The notes under the pieces are model-generated. The model had not been told where the DNA came from. It made no database searches and was given only the letters and a program-made list of their open reading frames with translations. Positions 1 through 9,515 of a stretch of DNA of 64,000 bases are shown in pieces. The DNA comes from an uncultured Poribacteria bacterium (GTDB lineage Bacteria; Poribacteria; WGA-4E; WGA-3G). The position numbers and the translations under genes are program-made. Location of the stretch: NCBI GenBank assembly GCA_958296135.2, contig CATQHZ020000001.1, positions 2,624,001-2,688,000 on the forward strand, given 5' to 3'. Each line of letters begins with the position of its first letter. Positions within the stretch are counted from its first letter, which is position 1.

Positions 1-2
1 TC

Positions 3-635
3 GGCATTCTTGCGCAAAATGCCGCGCCGAGCAGCGATTCAGCGCGCGCGTTATTGAATACGGCAAAGCGGCACATCCAAACGCACGGCGCGCCGGAACA
101 ACTCGCAAAACTACTCCCCTTGGAAACTGCCGAAGAAGAGCAGCTCGGCAGGCTTCTGGCAGATTTAAAGCAATCTAGGGCTCCAATCTTGCCCGAAGAT
201 GAACAGTGGCAAAAACGGCGCGTGCAGATGATGAACGCCGTGCTACACTTTGAGGGAATGAGCGAGGAACATCGGCTGGCAAGCTTCCTCGATTATCAGA
301 AACTGCTCACGGGCAGCGATGAGCGAGACAACACCAGCGAGAAACTCACGCTCATGACACTGCACTCGGCGAAGGGAACAGAATTCCCAGTTGTCTTCAT
401 CATCGGCATGGAAGAAGGCAGTTTTCCGATGTGGAAACTGAACATGACAGCGGCGGAGATTGAGGAGGAACGGCGGCTGTTTTATGTCGGTATGACGCGG
501 GCGCAGCAGCAACTCTATCTCACGTCTACCGAGTATCGCTTTGACGACAGACAACGCGCAGCCTCTCTGTTCGTCCGGGAGATTCCATCGAACTATATTG
601 AGAAATGGACGACACCCAGACAGCATTTTCGATAG
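3..635 (+). CDS. UvrD/PcrA-family SF1 helicase, C-terminal part (5'-truncated by the window edge)
   Basis: Motifs LMTLHSAKGTEFPVVFIIGMEEG and EEERRLFYVGMTRA; the frame is open back to the window start. Confidence 0.9.
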   Translation, partial: GILAQNAAPSSDSARALLNTAKRHIQTHGAPEQLAKLLPLETAEEEQLGRLLADLKQSRAPILPEDEQWQKRRVQMMNAVLHFEGMSEEHRLASFLDYQKLLTGSDERDNTSEKLTLMTLHSAKGTEFPVVFIIGMEEGSFPMWKLNMTAAEIEEERRLFYVGMTRAQQQLYLTSTEYRFDDRQRAASLFVREIPSNYIEKWTTPRQHFR

Positions 636-695
636 GAATTCCGTAGCAGAGCACCGCAAGCGCGCTTACCCACCGGATTACGGATTTGTGCCGGC

Positions 696-724
696 TTGCA
701 ATCAATTACAAATGTATGTATAAT
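696..724 (+). promoter_or_regulatory. Sigma70-type promoter
   Basis: TTGCAA-17bp-TATAAT upstream of the CDS at 811. Confidence 0.65.
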
Positions 725-810
725 TTCCATTCAAACGCAGACAGGTGGTCGCGAAAACACTTGCAAAAACACCCATCTGTCAATAAACTCTGACAAAGGA
801 GAAAATAGAA

Positions 811-2973
811 ATGTTAACACAATTGAGAATTCCATTATCCGATTTTTTCACGGGTAGAGCTCGCAACTCCATCATGCCGCTGCTGATTGTCGGGCTCGCT
901 TTTCTGCCGTGCCTCATCGCAGGGGCCGCCGCACCGACGGTAACCCAAGTCCGGTTTAGTAACTCCCCTCCCGATGGGCAGCACAACTTCTATACCGTAG
1001 ACGACGAAATCGAGGTAGAGGTAACGTTCAGCGAAACGGTGACGGTGAGCGGCAGACCGCGCCTGACGTTGATTTTTCACGACTCGGAGGCGGACTACGA
1101 GATTGACGCTAATTATGACAGCGGAAGCGGAACATCAACACTAACCTTCACCTACGAAGTAGCCGAAGGAGAACGGGACCACGACGGCTTGGGGATTAAA
1201 GCAAACAGCCTCAAACTGAGCGGCGGAAGAATTCGCAACGCCGCTGACGAAGAAGCAAACTTAGCCCACAACAGCGTCAGCGACGACACCAGCCGCAAGG
1301 TAGACACGCTCGCAACCTATCTCGTTTTGGACCGCGAACGCGTGGCAGCAAGCCCTATTCTCTTCAACGAAATCGGAAACTCGTCACGGAGAGGATACGA
1401 CTGGATCGAACTACGCAACAAGACAAACAAATCCAGAAGCGTCGAAGATTGGGAAATCAGCATTATTACCGAAGATAAAGACGATGAATCTATCGTCACA
1501 CTCCCAGATCGAGAAATCCCCGCAAACGGCATTTTGCTCCTAGTGAGCCTCGACCCGGGCAGCACCCCGCTTGCCGCCGGGATAGATTTTGAAAGTGCTG
1601 ATACCGAGGGATTCGGCGCGAGACACCTTTATCTTGTCGCAGACGACTTAGAACTCCCCAATGATGGAAGGTTCTTGCTCATCCTGAGAGATGACGATAG
1701 GCATACCGGCACCCTCAGAGCTCTCGTGGATGTCGCAGGGAACCACTTCGCTAACCCGAGTTCAGTCCCCTTAGATGCCGGAAGCACCTGGACCCGAGAC
1801 GATGCCAGAGATGGATACGAAAAAAACGCGTGGGAAGAGGCAGAATACACCGGACTCGGCCACGACCGCGGTGCCGACGATAGCATCAGTAACGGCGGCA
1901 CACCCGGATACGACAACGAAGCAATCAAGAACCGAATTAACGATTTCGACAGCAACGCTCAAATCACAATCAGTGAAATCATGATTGTTACCGGCGGAGA
2001 ACGCGTACCGCAGTGGATAGAACTCTATAACAACTCGTTCACGGAAGCCGTGAATCTAAACGGATGGCACCTGGAAATCGAGAACTATAGTTCCGAAGAT
2101 TCGATGGCAATTCGATACGCAAAAATCACCTTCCGGAACGATCTCTATGTCTTACCGAATCAGACGGTGCTTATCGTCTCTAACACCAGCCGAGTTCGGG
2201 ACGATGATGCCTTTCCATCCGCAGCACGTGTCTACGATCTTTACGACGAACACCGAGTAGACTTGGATATTGAAAGCCGCTGGGATCCCGTGCTGAGCGA
2301 AGAGGGATTCTATCTCGCGCTAACGGACCGCCGAAGCCCCAACAAGCCCGTAGATGAAGTAGGTAACCTGGACGGAAAACGGCAAACCAAGGACGCACCC
2401 GCATGGAAACTGCCACCGGTGCTAACTGAAGACGGAGCCCGCGCTTCAATCATTCGCCGGTACGGAAACGCAAAAAACGGCGGCCGGGCAGAAGCACGCA
2501 ACGGGAAAAAACGCAACGCGTGGACATCTGCAGCGAGCGTCAAACTATTGGGGGATACCTATTACGGAGACACAACAGACCTGGGTAACCCCGGCTACCG
2601 CGCAGGCGGCCCCCTGCCGGTGCAACTTTCTAGCTTCCAGGTAGAACACACCGAAGCAGGCGTTGGCATCAAGTGGGTAACCGAATCCGAATTGAACAAT
2701 GCCGGTTTCAATGTCTTGCGGCGCGAAGCAAAAAACGGGGAGTTCAAACCCCTCAATGCAACGCTCATCGCGGGGGCTGGCACAACCGGTGAACGGAATA
2801 CTTACCAGTTTGTTGATACGACAGCGAAACCCGGAATCGTCTACTATTACCGGCTTGAAGACGTTTCCTTCGCCGGTGAGCGGCAAACCTTGGCGACGCA
2901 CCGTCCGAGAGGACAGATGTCAGCCGCTAGCAAACTCACCACGACATGGGGCAGTTTGAAACGCGAAAATTAA
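811..2973 (+). CDS. Secreted multidomain protein: Ig-like domain, two lamin-tail-like domains, PLPVQLSSF Ig-like domain, C-terminal KLTTTWG motif
   Basis: Hydrophobic signal peptide; ILFNEI..DWIELRN and ITISEIM..QWIELYN are LTD-like; ends KLTTTWGSLKREN; AAGGAG RBS. Confidence 0.75.
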   Translation: MLTQLRIPLSDFFTGRARNSIMPLLIVGLAFLPCLIAGAAAPTVTQVRFSNSPPDGQHNFYTVDDEIEVEVTFSETVTVSGRPRLTLIFHDSEADYEIDANYDSGSGTSTLTFTYEVAEGERDHDGLGIKANSLKLSGGRIRNAADEEANLAHNSVSDDTSRKVDTLATYLVLDRERVAASPILFNEIGNSSRRGYDWIELRNKTNKSRSVEDWEISIITEDKDDESIVTLPDREIPANGILLLVSLDPGSTPLAAGIDFESADTEGFGARHLYLVADDLELPNDGRFLLILRDDDRHTGTLRALVDVAGNHFANPSSVPLDAGSTWTRDDARDGYEKNAWEEAEYTGLGHDRGADDSISNGGTPGYDNEAIKNRINDFDSNAQITISEIMIVTGGERVPQWIELYNNSFTEAVNLNGWHLEIENYSSEDSMAIRYAKITFRNDLYVLPNQTVLIVSNTSRVRDDDAFPSAARVYDLYDEHRVDLDIESRWDPVLSEEGFYLALTDRRSPNKPVDEVGNLDGKRQTKDAPAWKLPPVLTEDGARASIIRRYGNAKNGGRAEARNGKKRNAWTSAASVKLLGDTYYGDTTDLGNPGYRAGGPLPVQLSSFQVEHTEAGVGIKWVTESELNNAGFNVLRREAKNGEFKPLNATLIAGAGTTGERNTYQFVDTTAKPGIVYYYRLEDVSFAGERQTLATHRPRGQMSAASKLTTTWGSLKREN

Positions 2974-3082
2974 GAGGAACCCGAATGCCTCTCGCGTCGG
3001 CGCGCTTTGATGAAATATGAGAATTAAATCGGACAATTTGCCTGGGCAGTCTGCAACGTAGCCGCGCCCAGCACACCACCCT

Positions 3083-3108
3083 GTAAGGGCGGATGTCTCT
3101 ATCCGCCC
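3083..3108 (+). repeat. REP family D (GTAAGGGCGGATGTCTCTATCCGCCC)
   Basis: GTAA followed by a GGGCGGAT/ATCCGCCC hairpin; related copies near 6256, 25182, 26234, 33328, 35772, 37030, 37141, 55146 and 63661. Confidence 0.8.
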
Positions 3109-3172
3109 GCCGGGGAATTACCCGAGCCATTTCTTAATCCTCGTGAAAGCGCGCTTGCGGAATGCGTAAAAA

Positions 3173-4147
3173 ATGCGAATTGATTGCCAAAGCCACATAT
3201 TTCCACGCGCCTATAGCGATATCCTCGCGCAAAATCCACACCCGCCGCAAATAATTCGCCGCGGAAGCGAGGCACTCGTTACGTATGGCGATGTCCAACA
3301 GTTTCGCTTACAAGACGAGGCATACGCCCCAGAACGAAAACTGCGGGATATGGATGCAGCAGGCGTGGATATGGCGCTGCTCAGCACCAATATTCCACCA
3401 CCGTGCATGCTCGCACCGGCACTCGGGCTCAAAGGCGCGCAGGCCATTAACGATGCTATTGCGGAACTTGTCGACGCGCACCCACATCGATTTGCTGGCT
3501 TGGCATGCCTACCGTGGCAAAACCCCGAAGAGGCACTCGCCGAGATGGAACGCGCAAAAGCGATGGGATTCCGCGGCATCATGCTTTACTCGCACATCGG
3601 CGGAAAACCTGTCGATGACGCGCGCTTCGCATCGGTTTACGCACACGCCGAAGCGATGAAAATGCCGATTGTCATGCACCCCACCGTGCCAACCTGGGGC
3701 GCGGCAATCAAGCACCACTGGATGATAGGCATGATGGGGTTGCAAGTGGACTGTAGCTTCGCGATGCTGCGCTTGATTCTCAGCGGCATTTTGGAACGAC
3801 ACCCGAATTTACAAGTCGTGATGCCCCACGTCGGCGGCATTCTGCCCTATATGAGCGGACGCATTGAGCATCAGACAGAAGTATTGGGCAGGGCCAGAGA
3901 ACATATCACGCAACCGCCGAGTGCATACCTCCGCCGAATTTATTTGGACACCGTGTCACCATCGCCGCAGGCACTGCACTACGCATATCAGTTCTCCGGC
4001 GCGCATCGCCTGCTCTTCGGCACAGATCATCCGTGGGTAGACATGCCCCGGTTCGTCCGTTTAATTCAGGAAATGCACATCCCTGGAACAGACAAGGCGC
4101 AAATTTTTGCCGGTAATGCCCAAGCATTGTTCAGACTCGCAGCGTAG
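3173..4147 (+). CDS. Amidohydrolase_2 family protein (ACMSD/decarboxylase-like)
   Basis: IDCQSH, MHP, PHVGG and LFGTDHP metal-binding motifs. Confidence 0.85.
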   Translation: MRIDCQSHIFPRAYSDILAQNPHPPQIIRRGSEALVTYGDVQQFRLQDEAYAPERKLRDMDAAGVDMALLSTNIPPPCMLAPALGLKGAQAINDAIAELVDAHPHRFAGLACLPWQNPEEALAEMERAKAMGFRGIMLYSHIGGKPVDDARFASVYAHAEAMKMPIVMHPTVPTWGAAIKHHWMIGMMGLQVDCSFAMLRLILSGILERHPNLQVVMPHVGGILPYMSGRIEHQTEVLGRAREHITQPPSAYLRRIYLDTVSPSPQALHYAYQFSGAHRLLFGTDHPWVDMPRFVRLIQEMHIPGTDKAQIFAGNAQALFRLAA

Positions 4148-4191
4148 CTGCGAATGCCAGCGCGCGATATCGTCAGGGTTACGCAACCTCC

Positions 4192-4219
4192 CGTAGGCCC
4201 AGTTTCAAACCGCGCCTAC
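4192..4219 (+). repeat. REP family C (GTAGGCGCG...CGCGCCTAC type)
   Basis: Related palindromes near 6195, 42390, 47391, 54304, 55755 and 58328. Confidence 0.75.
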
Positions 4220-4259
4220 CGGAACAGACCCTTTTGAACCGATGATGAGGAGCAGAAAC

Positions 4260-5063
4260 GTGTCCCACGAACTAACAGAAACGCAACGGTTCTTCTTTGA
4301 GAACAACGGCTATTTGGTGCTAGAAAACTTTCTCGCAGCACCGCATGTAGCCGCACTCCGGGGAGCCCTTGCCGAAGCAATAGAAAAACGACGGGAACTT
4401 GAAACGAAAGGGCTCCCGCAAACCGGGATGACGCAGATTCACGGTGAGAAAAGCACCCGCATCTTCTATATCCTCGGAGAGCATCCGCTGTTTTTGGAGC
4501 TGCTGGATTGGCAACCAATTCTGCCGTATATCATAGGGCTGCTCAATAAGATGCCGCACCATCACGCATCCGATGCCATCGTTGAGCACGGCACAGAACT
4601 GACAGAACGCCCCATGGGATGGCACATCGACGGCCACGATGACGGGTATCGCAACCTGCGCCCAATTCCGATGTTGCAACTCAAAATCGGATACTACCTC
4701 TCCGATATGACAGAAGGAGGCCAGGGCAATCTGTGGCTCATCCCCGGAAGCCATAAGGCGATGAATGACCCGAGCCACGAAGAACTCCGGCACCCTTACG
4801 AGTACCCCGGCACATTGGAAGTGTGCGCCCCAGCGGGGAGCGCGATTTTGTTCCATAACGCGCTCTGGCACTCAGCCGGCATCTTTACCAAGCCGGACGG
4901 ATGCCGCGAGATGCTCTATTACGCGTATGAACACCCCTGGATGATCGCCTCGCAAGAACATTGGGGATATCCAAAGGCCTTCTATAACGACATGCTTTCG
5001 CCAGCACAGCGGAAGTTTTTCCACGGGTTCGTCTTCGACCCGCCGGAACAGCGATGGGGGTAA
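4260..5063 (+). CDS. PhyH-family Fe(II)/2OG dioxygenase
   Basis: FFENNGYLV, WHID, IPGSH and LWHSA; GTG start after a GAGGAG RBS. Confidence 0.88.
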   Translation: MSHELTETQRFFFENNGYLVLENFLAAPHVAALRGALAEAIEKRRELETKGLPQTGMTQIHGEKSTRIFYILGEHPLFLELLDWQPILPYIIGLLNKMPHHHASDAIVEHGTELTERPMGWHIDGHDDGYRNLRPIPMLQLKIGYYLSDMTEGGQGNLWLIPGSHKAMNDPSHEELRHPYEYPGTLEVCAPAGSAILFHNALWHSAGIFTKPDGCREMLYYAYEHPWMIASQEHWGYPKAFYNDMLSPAQRKFFHGFVFDPPEQRWG

Positions 5064-5300
5064 ATTGAAAAGTGTCAAGAGAGGAAACAGATGTGACGCG
5101 CACTCGCGCTGAGCCGTTGACACGTGAAGAGTCAGGCGCGGCATCGTCGCGCAGGCACGCGTGCCGCCTTGAAGCAGCATACGGTGAGGATAAACCCGAT
5201 ATTATGAACCATCGTAGACATCGAGAAACGTGCCCTAAGCCTTGCATCCAACGAATACCCTGACGCTCAACCGATAACAGACAAATGGAGGAAATGGACT

Positions 5301-6179
5301 ATGCATCTAACCGATTCTCAAGTTTCGTTTTTTGACGACAACGGGTATCTCTTGCTTGAAGATGTGCTTGATGAGAACGACCTGGGCCCCGTCACTGACG
5401 AATACAGCGCGATTATCGCAGAACGCGCAGAGAAATTGCACGCCGAAGGGAAGGTTACCGCCACGCACGCCGATAAACCGTTCACGGAACGGCTCCTGCA
5501 CCTCGCCGCCGAGGCACCGGAAATTACCGCGAATCTTGACATTATGCAGGCGCGCGGCGAAGAAACGTTTAACTTCCTCAAGAACCCCAAAATCCTTGAT
5601 ATTGCCGAATCTTTCATCGGTTCGGAAATTGTCTGCAACCCTATCCAACACATTCGCGCAGTGCTACCCCGGCGCGAATCGCAAAGAGCACCGACACCGT
5701 GGCACCAAGACGCAGGCGTCTGCTGGCCCGACACAGACGCCCACTTTATGCTCACTGTGTGGATACCCATTGTGGACGCAACGTTGCAAAACGGTTGTCT
5801 CCAAGTAATGCCGAGAAGTCATCGACTCGGGCTGTGTCAACACGATTGGACTGCCAGCGGCTTGGCCGTCCTCCCAGAACATCAGCCCACCGCGCTTGAA
5901 CCGAAACCGCTGCCGATTCGCGCGGGCGGGGTTATCTTATTCCACAATTACTCGCTCCACAGCGCAAAACCGAATGAATCGGAGAGCATCCGGTGGAGCT
6001 TCGATCTGCGTTATCACGACGCTTATCAGCCAACAGGACGGCCCTTCTACCCAGCGTTTCTAATGCGCAGCCGGATGCGGCCCCACGCGCTTCAAACCGA
6101 TTACGAGACATGGTGTCAACGTTGGGAATTCGCATTGGAGCATTCCAAGGGCGCGCAAGCCTACCGGTGGCCCCGGTAA
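5301..6179 (+). CDS. PhyH-family Fe(II)/2OG dioxygenase
   Basis: FFDDNGYL, WHQD, NGCLQVMPRSH, SLHSA and RWSFDLRY. Confidence 0.9.
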   Translation: MHLTDSQVSFFDDNGYLLLEDVLDENDLGPVTDEYSAIIAERAEKLHAEGKVTATHADKPFTERLLHLAAEAPEITANLDIMQARGEETFNFLKNPKILDIAESFIGSEIVCNPIQHIRAVLPRRESQRAPTPWHQDAGVCWPDTDAHFMLTVWIPIVDATLQNGCLQVMPRSHRLGLCQHDWTASGLAVLPEHQPTALEPKPLPIRAGGVILFHNYSLHSAKPNESESIRWSFDLRYHDAYQPTGRPFYPAFLMRSRMRPHALQTDYETWCQRWEFALEHSKGAQAYRWPR

Positions 6180-6339
6180 AAACAGCAAACATCCGGTAGG
6201 TGCTCTGAAAGCAAGCCTACCGGATTCAACTAATACCAAATGACCTGGATTTGCCGGCGGATGTCTATATCCGCCCGTAACAAACCAAGGACACGCCGCA
6301 TTAACATCATTTGGAAACCACCACGGATAGGAGGAAAAA

Positions 6340-6771
6340 TTGCTCGCCATTTCAGCCTTACCAACAATCAACGCCTTGCTAAACACCCTCAGCGGGATTC
6401 TGTTGACAACAGGGTATCTGCTTATTCGGCAACGGAAAATTGCGGCGCATAAAAACTGCATGCTAGCCGCCTTTGCCGTTTCAACACTGTTCCTCGGCTC
6501 TTACCTTATCTACCACTATCACGCCGGCTCAAAACCGTTTCCTGGGCAAGGCTGGATCCGCCCAGTCTACTATACCATCTTAATCTCGCACATCCTCTTG
6601 GCAATTGTGATTGTGCCGCTGGCACTGCGGACGCTCTACCTCGCTTGGAAGGAACGTTTTGACGAGCACCGCCGCATCGCCAAAATCACCTTTCCTCTCT
6701 GGATGTACGTCTCCGTAACAGGAGTCATCATCTATCTGATGCTCTATCAATTTTACCCAGCCACACCGTAG
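6340..6771 (+). CDS. DUF420 (YozB/CtaM-like) four-TM membrane protein
   Basis: LPTINALLN...HKNCM...LISHILLA...HRRIAKITFPLWMYVSVTG; TTG start with AGGAGG RBS. Confidence 0.85.
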   Translation: MLAISALPTINALLNTLSGILLTTGYLLIRQRKIAAHKNCMLAAFAVSTLFLGSYLIYHYHAGSKPFPGQGWIRPVYYTILISHILLAIVIVPLALRTLYLAWKERFDEHRRIAKITFPLWMYVSVTGVIIYLMLYQFYPATP

Positions 6772-6848
6772 GCGAGGGAAAACCCGGCGAGCGCGAATCG
6801 TCGAGGGTTTCCCTCGCCATGCAACCGGCACGGAACCCGCACACCATG

Positions 6849-7736
6849 CTATCCTTGATAGGGCCGAAAACCGCGCAACATCAACCCTCTGTCGCCGGAT
6901 GCCTTCTTCGCTTCGGCGGCGCGCTTCTCTGCCGCCGCACGATTCGCTGTCGTCGTCCCGCCAACCACAACGTAGTCATCTATCCGCCGATAACGGTTGA
7001 TAAACACAGGCCGCGGTTTGTTGGACATATTCTGTTTCGAGCCGTGGACCGTCTTGACATTGAAGAAGATCGAGTCTCCCGATTTGCCCGAAACCGGCAG
7101 CGCGCTCTCCCACGGCCATTCATCTTCCGCCAAACCGAGGTGTGAGAACGTGTCAATATGCTTAAGCTGCCCCAACCGATGCGAACCGGGAACGACATGC
7201 AACGCGCCATTGCCAAGGTCTGTGTCAACAACGTAGTTCAAAATCCCCACCGGGCCTTCGTAACGGTGCTCAAAATAAGCAGAGTCCTGATGCAGATGCT
7301 TCGGATGCCCGCCGACTGGTTCTTTATAGAGGCACTGTCCATTCCCAAATAATTCTACGTTCGGGCCCAGGATCGCCTCAACAATGCTGACAGCGGTTTC
7401 GTCACAGGCAGCGCGGAAGAACGCCGCGCTCGTCTGATACCCAATCGCCAACACCATAATCTGCTTATCGCGTGCATAGCCATCGGGTGCAGGCAGAAAC
7501 AGCGTGCCGTTCGGCGTGCGCCAGCCTTCAACAATGCGTTCCGCTTCATCCAGAAGCGAGATGGACGCTGCGGCGGCGGTTTCAATATCGCGATGGAGTG
7601 CGTCAACGTAGGGGGCCATCAAGCCGCGCACGACGAGGCACCCGTGCTCTTTAAAAATAGCAGCGGCTTTCTGGACATCTAACGCATCCACCGACATTTC
7701 AATGTCCTCAATAGTTATTGTCGGTTCGTGAGTCAT
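6849..7736 (-). CDS. PhyH-family Fe(II)/2OG dioxygenase
   Basis: LHQD, NGALHVVPGSH and TVHGS; AAGGAGGAG RBS before the ATG at 7736. Confidence 0.88.
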   Translation of the reverse strand: MTHEPTITIEDIEMSVDALDVQKAAAIFKEHGCLVVRGLMAPYVDALHRDIETAAAASISLLDEAERIVEGWRTPNGTLFLPAPDGYARDKQIMVLAIGYQTSAAFFRAACDETAVSIVEAILGPNVELFGNGQCLYKEPVGGHPKHLHQDSAYFEHRYEGPVGILNYVVDTDLGNGALHVVPGSHRLGQLKHIDTFSHLGLAEDEWPWESALPVSGKSGDSIFFNVKTVHGSKQNMSNKPRPVFINRYRRIDDYVVVGGTTTANRAAAEKRAAEAKKASGDRGLMLRGFRPYQG

Positions 7737-7756
7737 GAAAACTCCTCCTTTGGCAA

Positions 7757-8098
7757 CTAGCCCCACGGCGGCCGCCGGCCCGTCAACTCCTTCAGATAAT
7801 CCGCCGTTTTACGGACATCCGCCTTGAGTTTCCGGCGCGACTGCTTCCGAGAGGTATCCTCCGCCGAATAGGTAACGCGATAGGTGCCGTTATTCTTCCG
7901 GCGCAGCGTATACTCGCCGGGCACATTCCGATTTACATAGCGGAGCATGTCGTGCAACAGCCAATAGACATCTTCCGGAGAATATCGGAGGCTATTCTGC
8001 GTCGATTCTTTCCCTACCGCGTCAAGCGTCCGCTGCACAACATCCACGACTTCAGCCAGCGTCCACGACTTATTTTCCGGTAAATGAATCTCGTTCAT
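7757..8098 (-). CDS. Hypothetical protein (about 113 aa)
   Basis: ORF within a same-strand gene run; no recognisable motif. Confidence 0.55.
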   Translation of the reverse strand: MNEIHLPENKSWTLAEVVDVVQRTLDAVGKESTQNSLRYSPEDVYWLLHDMLRYVNRNVPGEYTLRRKNNGTYRVTYSAEDTSRKQSRRKLKADVRKTADYLKELTGRRPPWG

Positions 8099-8393
8099 GA
8101 TGGACACCCCATTCTCCTCTGTCTGACTTCTCATACAGATTGACACCATCGCGCTGAATCTGTTGAATCATCGCAGGATTTTCAATCTGATTGAAAATCG
8201 ATAAGTCTATCATATAAGGCAAAAGCAAATCGTCCAATTCTGTGTCAATGCGTGAGAGCACGCTATGCGTGAGTTCAACCCCCCAATCTGAAAACTCGCG
8301 TCGCCGCGCGAGCTCAACTCCCTCTTTCAATCTGGAAAAGGCGTTGCGAAAACTTCCAGCTCTCTGGACCCAACGAATGTCTGATTCGTTCAT
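8070..8393 (-). pseudogene. In-frame deletion fusion of an HI0074-like HEPN N-terminus and an HI0073-like MNT nucleotidyltransferase C-terminus
   Basis: N-term DIRWVQR..F..A...L.E.VELA..RE.SD resembles HI0074; C-term ELDDLLLPYMIDLSIF..I.N...I.RDGV.LYEK resembles MNT; both catalytic cores are absent. Confidence 0.7.
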
Positions 8394-8405
8394 CGCACGG
8401 ACTCC

Positions 8406-9515
8406 TTAAACTGCCTCCAACTTAATCGTAGGCATCCGGATAGGCCGCGCATCGCGCAGGATTTCTTCACCACCATTGCGCACCTGAATAAGCTGCGCCG
8501 CAATGCTTACCGCAATCTCCGGCACCGTCTTGGAGTGAATATCCAACCCAATCGGCGCATAAACCCGGCGGAGGTTCTCCGTAGAAATCCCCGCCTCCTG
8601 AAGATCATCGAAGATAAGTTTAATCTTCCGGCGACTGCCGATTAAGCCGATATAGCGCGCGTCCGATTCAACGACGCTGTGCAACGCAGACTCATCATGC
8701 TGATGCCCGCGCGTCACAATGACAACATAGGTGAGATGGTTAATCGGGTATTTTTGGAGCTCCGTAGCGATATCCCCGATGATAATCTCGTCCGCCTCCG
8801 GCAACCGAGATGTTGACGCAAAGTCTGCCCTATCGTCAACGATGGCGATGTCAAAATCGAGCCAATTGCCGAGGTGACAGAGTGCCTGGCCGACATGTCC
8901 CGCGCCCGCGATAAGCAAAGTGGGGCGCGGCTGAAGCGGCTCCAGAAAAACAGATGCACTACCGTCTGTTGCCCGAAACATCCCTGCACGGTTCTTTTCC
9001 AGAATGCTGCCGGTCTCCTTCTCCACGGCTGCTTCTAACGCCGCGTCGCCCAACGTGCCGACACGTTCACCGTTGGTGGGGAAGAGCATCTTCATGCCAA
9101 CCTCCACGCCGCGCTGCTCGCTTTTCACAACCGTCGCACAGACAAGCGGGATCTTTTGCACGTTCAACTCTTGCAGCCGGGTGAACATGTCTGCTTCCGT
9201 GCGCGTCTTCGGCAAATCGATGAAGATTTTCATATTGCCGCCGCAGATAAGCCCATCATCCCAACCGTAGTCGCTATCCAATTGGAATTCGAGAAGCCGC
9301 GGCACGCCGCCTTGCATCAAGCCAATGGCTTGTCGACGCGCTTCCGCTTCCACGCAGCCGCCACCGAGAGTGCCGATATTCTGAAGATCTGGGAGAATGA
9401 GCAACTTTGAACCCGGCTTTTGAGGCGTGGAGCCTCTCGTATCTACAACGGTGCAGTAGGCACCGACTTGCGCGGCACCAATGAGTTCTGGAATTTTTTG
9501 ATATATCTCTCTCAT
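8406..9515 (-). CDS. xdhC: XdhC/CoxI family molybdenum-hydroxylase accessory protein
   Basis: RGSTPQKPG, GTLGGGCVE, GLICGG, GAGHVG, VTRGH and APIGLDI..PEIAVSI. Confidence 0.9.
   Translation of the reverse strand: MREIYQKIPELIGAAQVGAYCTVVDTRGSTPQKPGSKLLILPDLQNIGTLGGGCVEAEARRQAIGLMQGGVPRLLEFQLDSDYGWDDGLICGGNMKIFIDLPKTRTEADMFTRLQELNVQKIPLVCATVVKSEQRGVEVGMKMLFPTNGERVGTLGDAALEAAVEKETGSILEKNRAGMFRATDGSASVFLEPLQPRPTLLIAGAGHVGQALCHLGNWLDFDIAIVDDRADFASTSRLPEADEIIIGDIATELQKYPINHLTYVVIVTRGHQHDESALHSVVESDARYIGLIGSRRKIKLIFDDLQEAGISTENLRRVYAPIGLDIHSKTVPEIAVSIAAQLIQVRNGGEEILRDARPIRMPTIKLEAV

Noticed and set aside
5072-5200. SRP RNA suggested by GTCAGG...GAAGCAGCA
   Set aside because: The short helix and GNRA tetraloop expected between these motifs are absent; it is only a GC-rich hairpin region with a GTGTCAA/TTGACAC inverted repeat.
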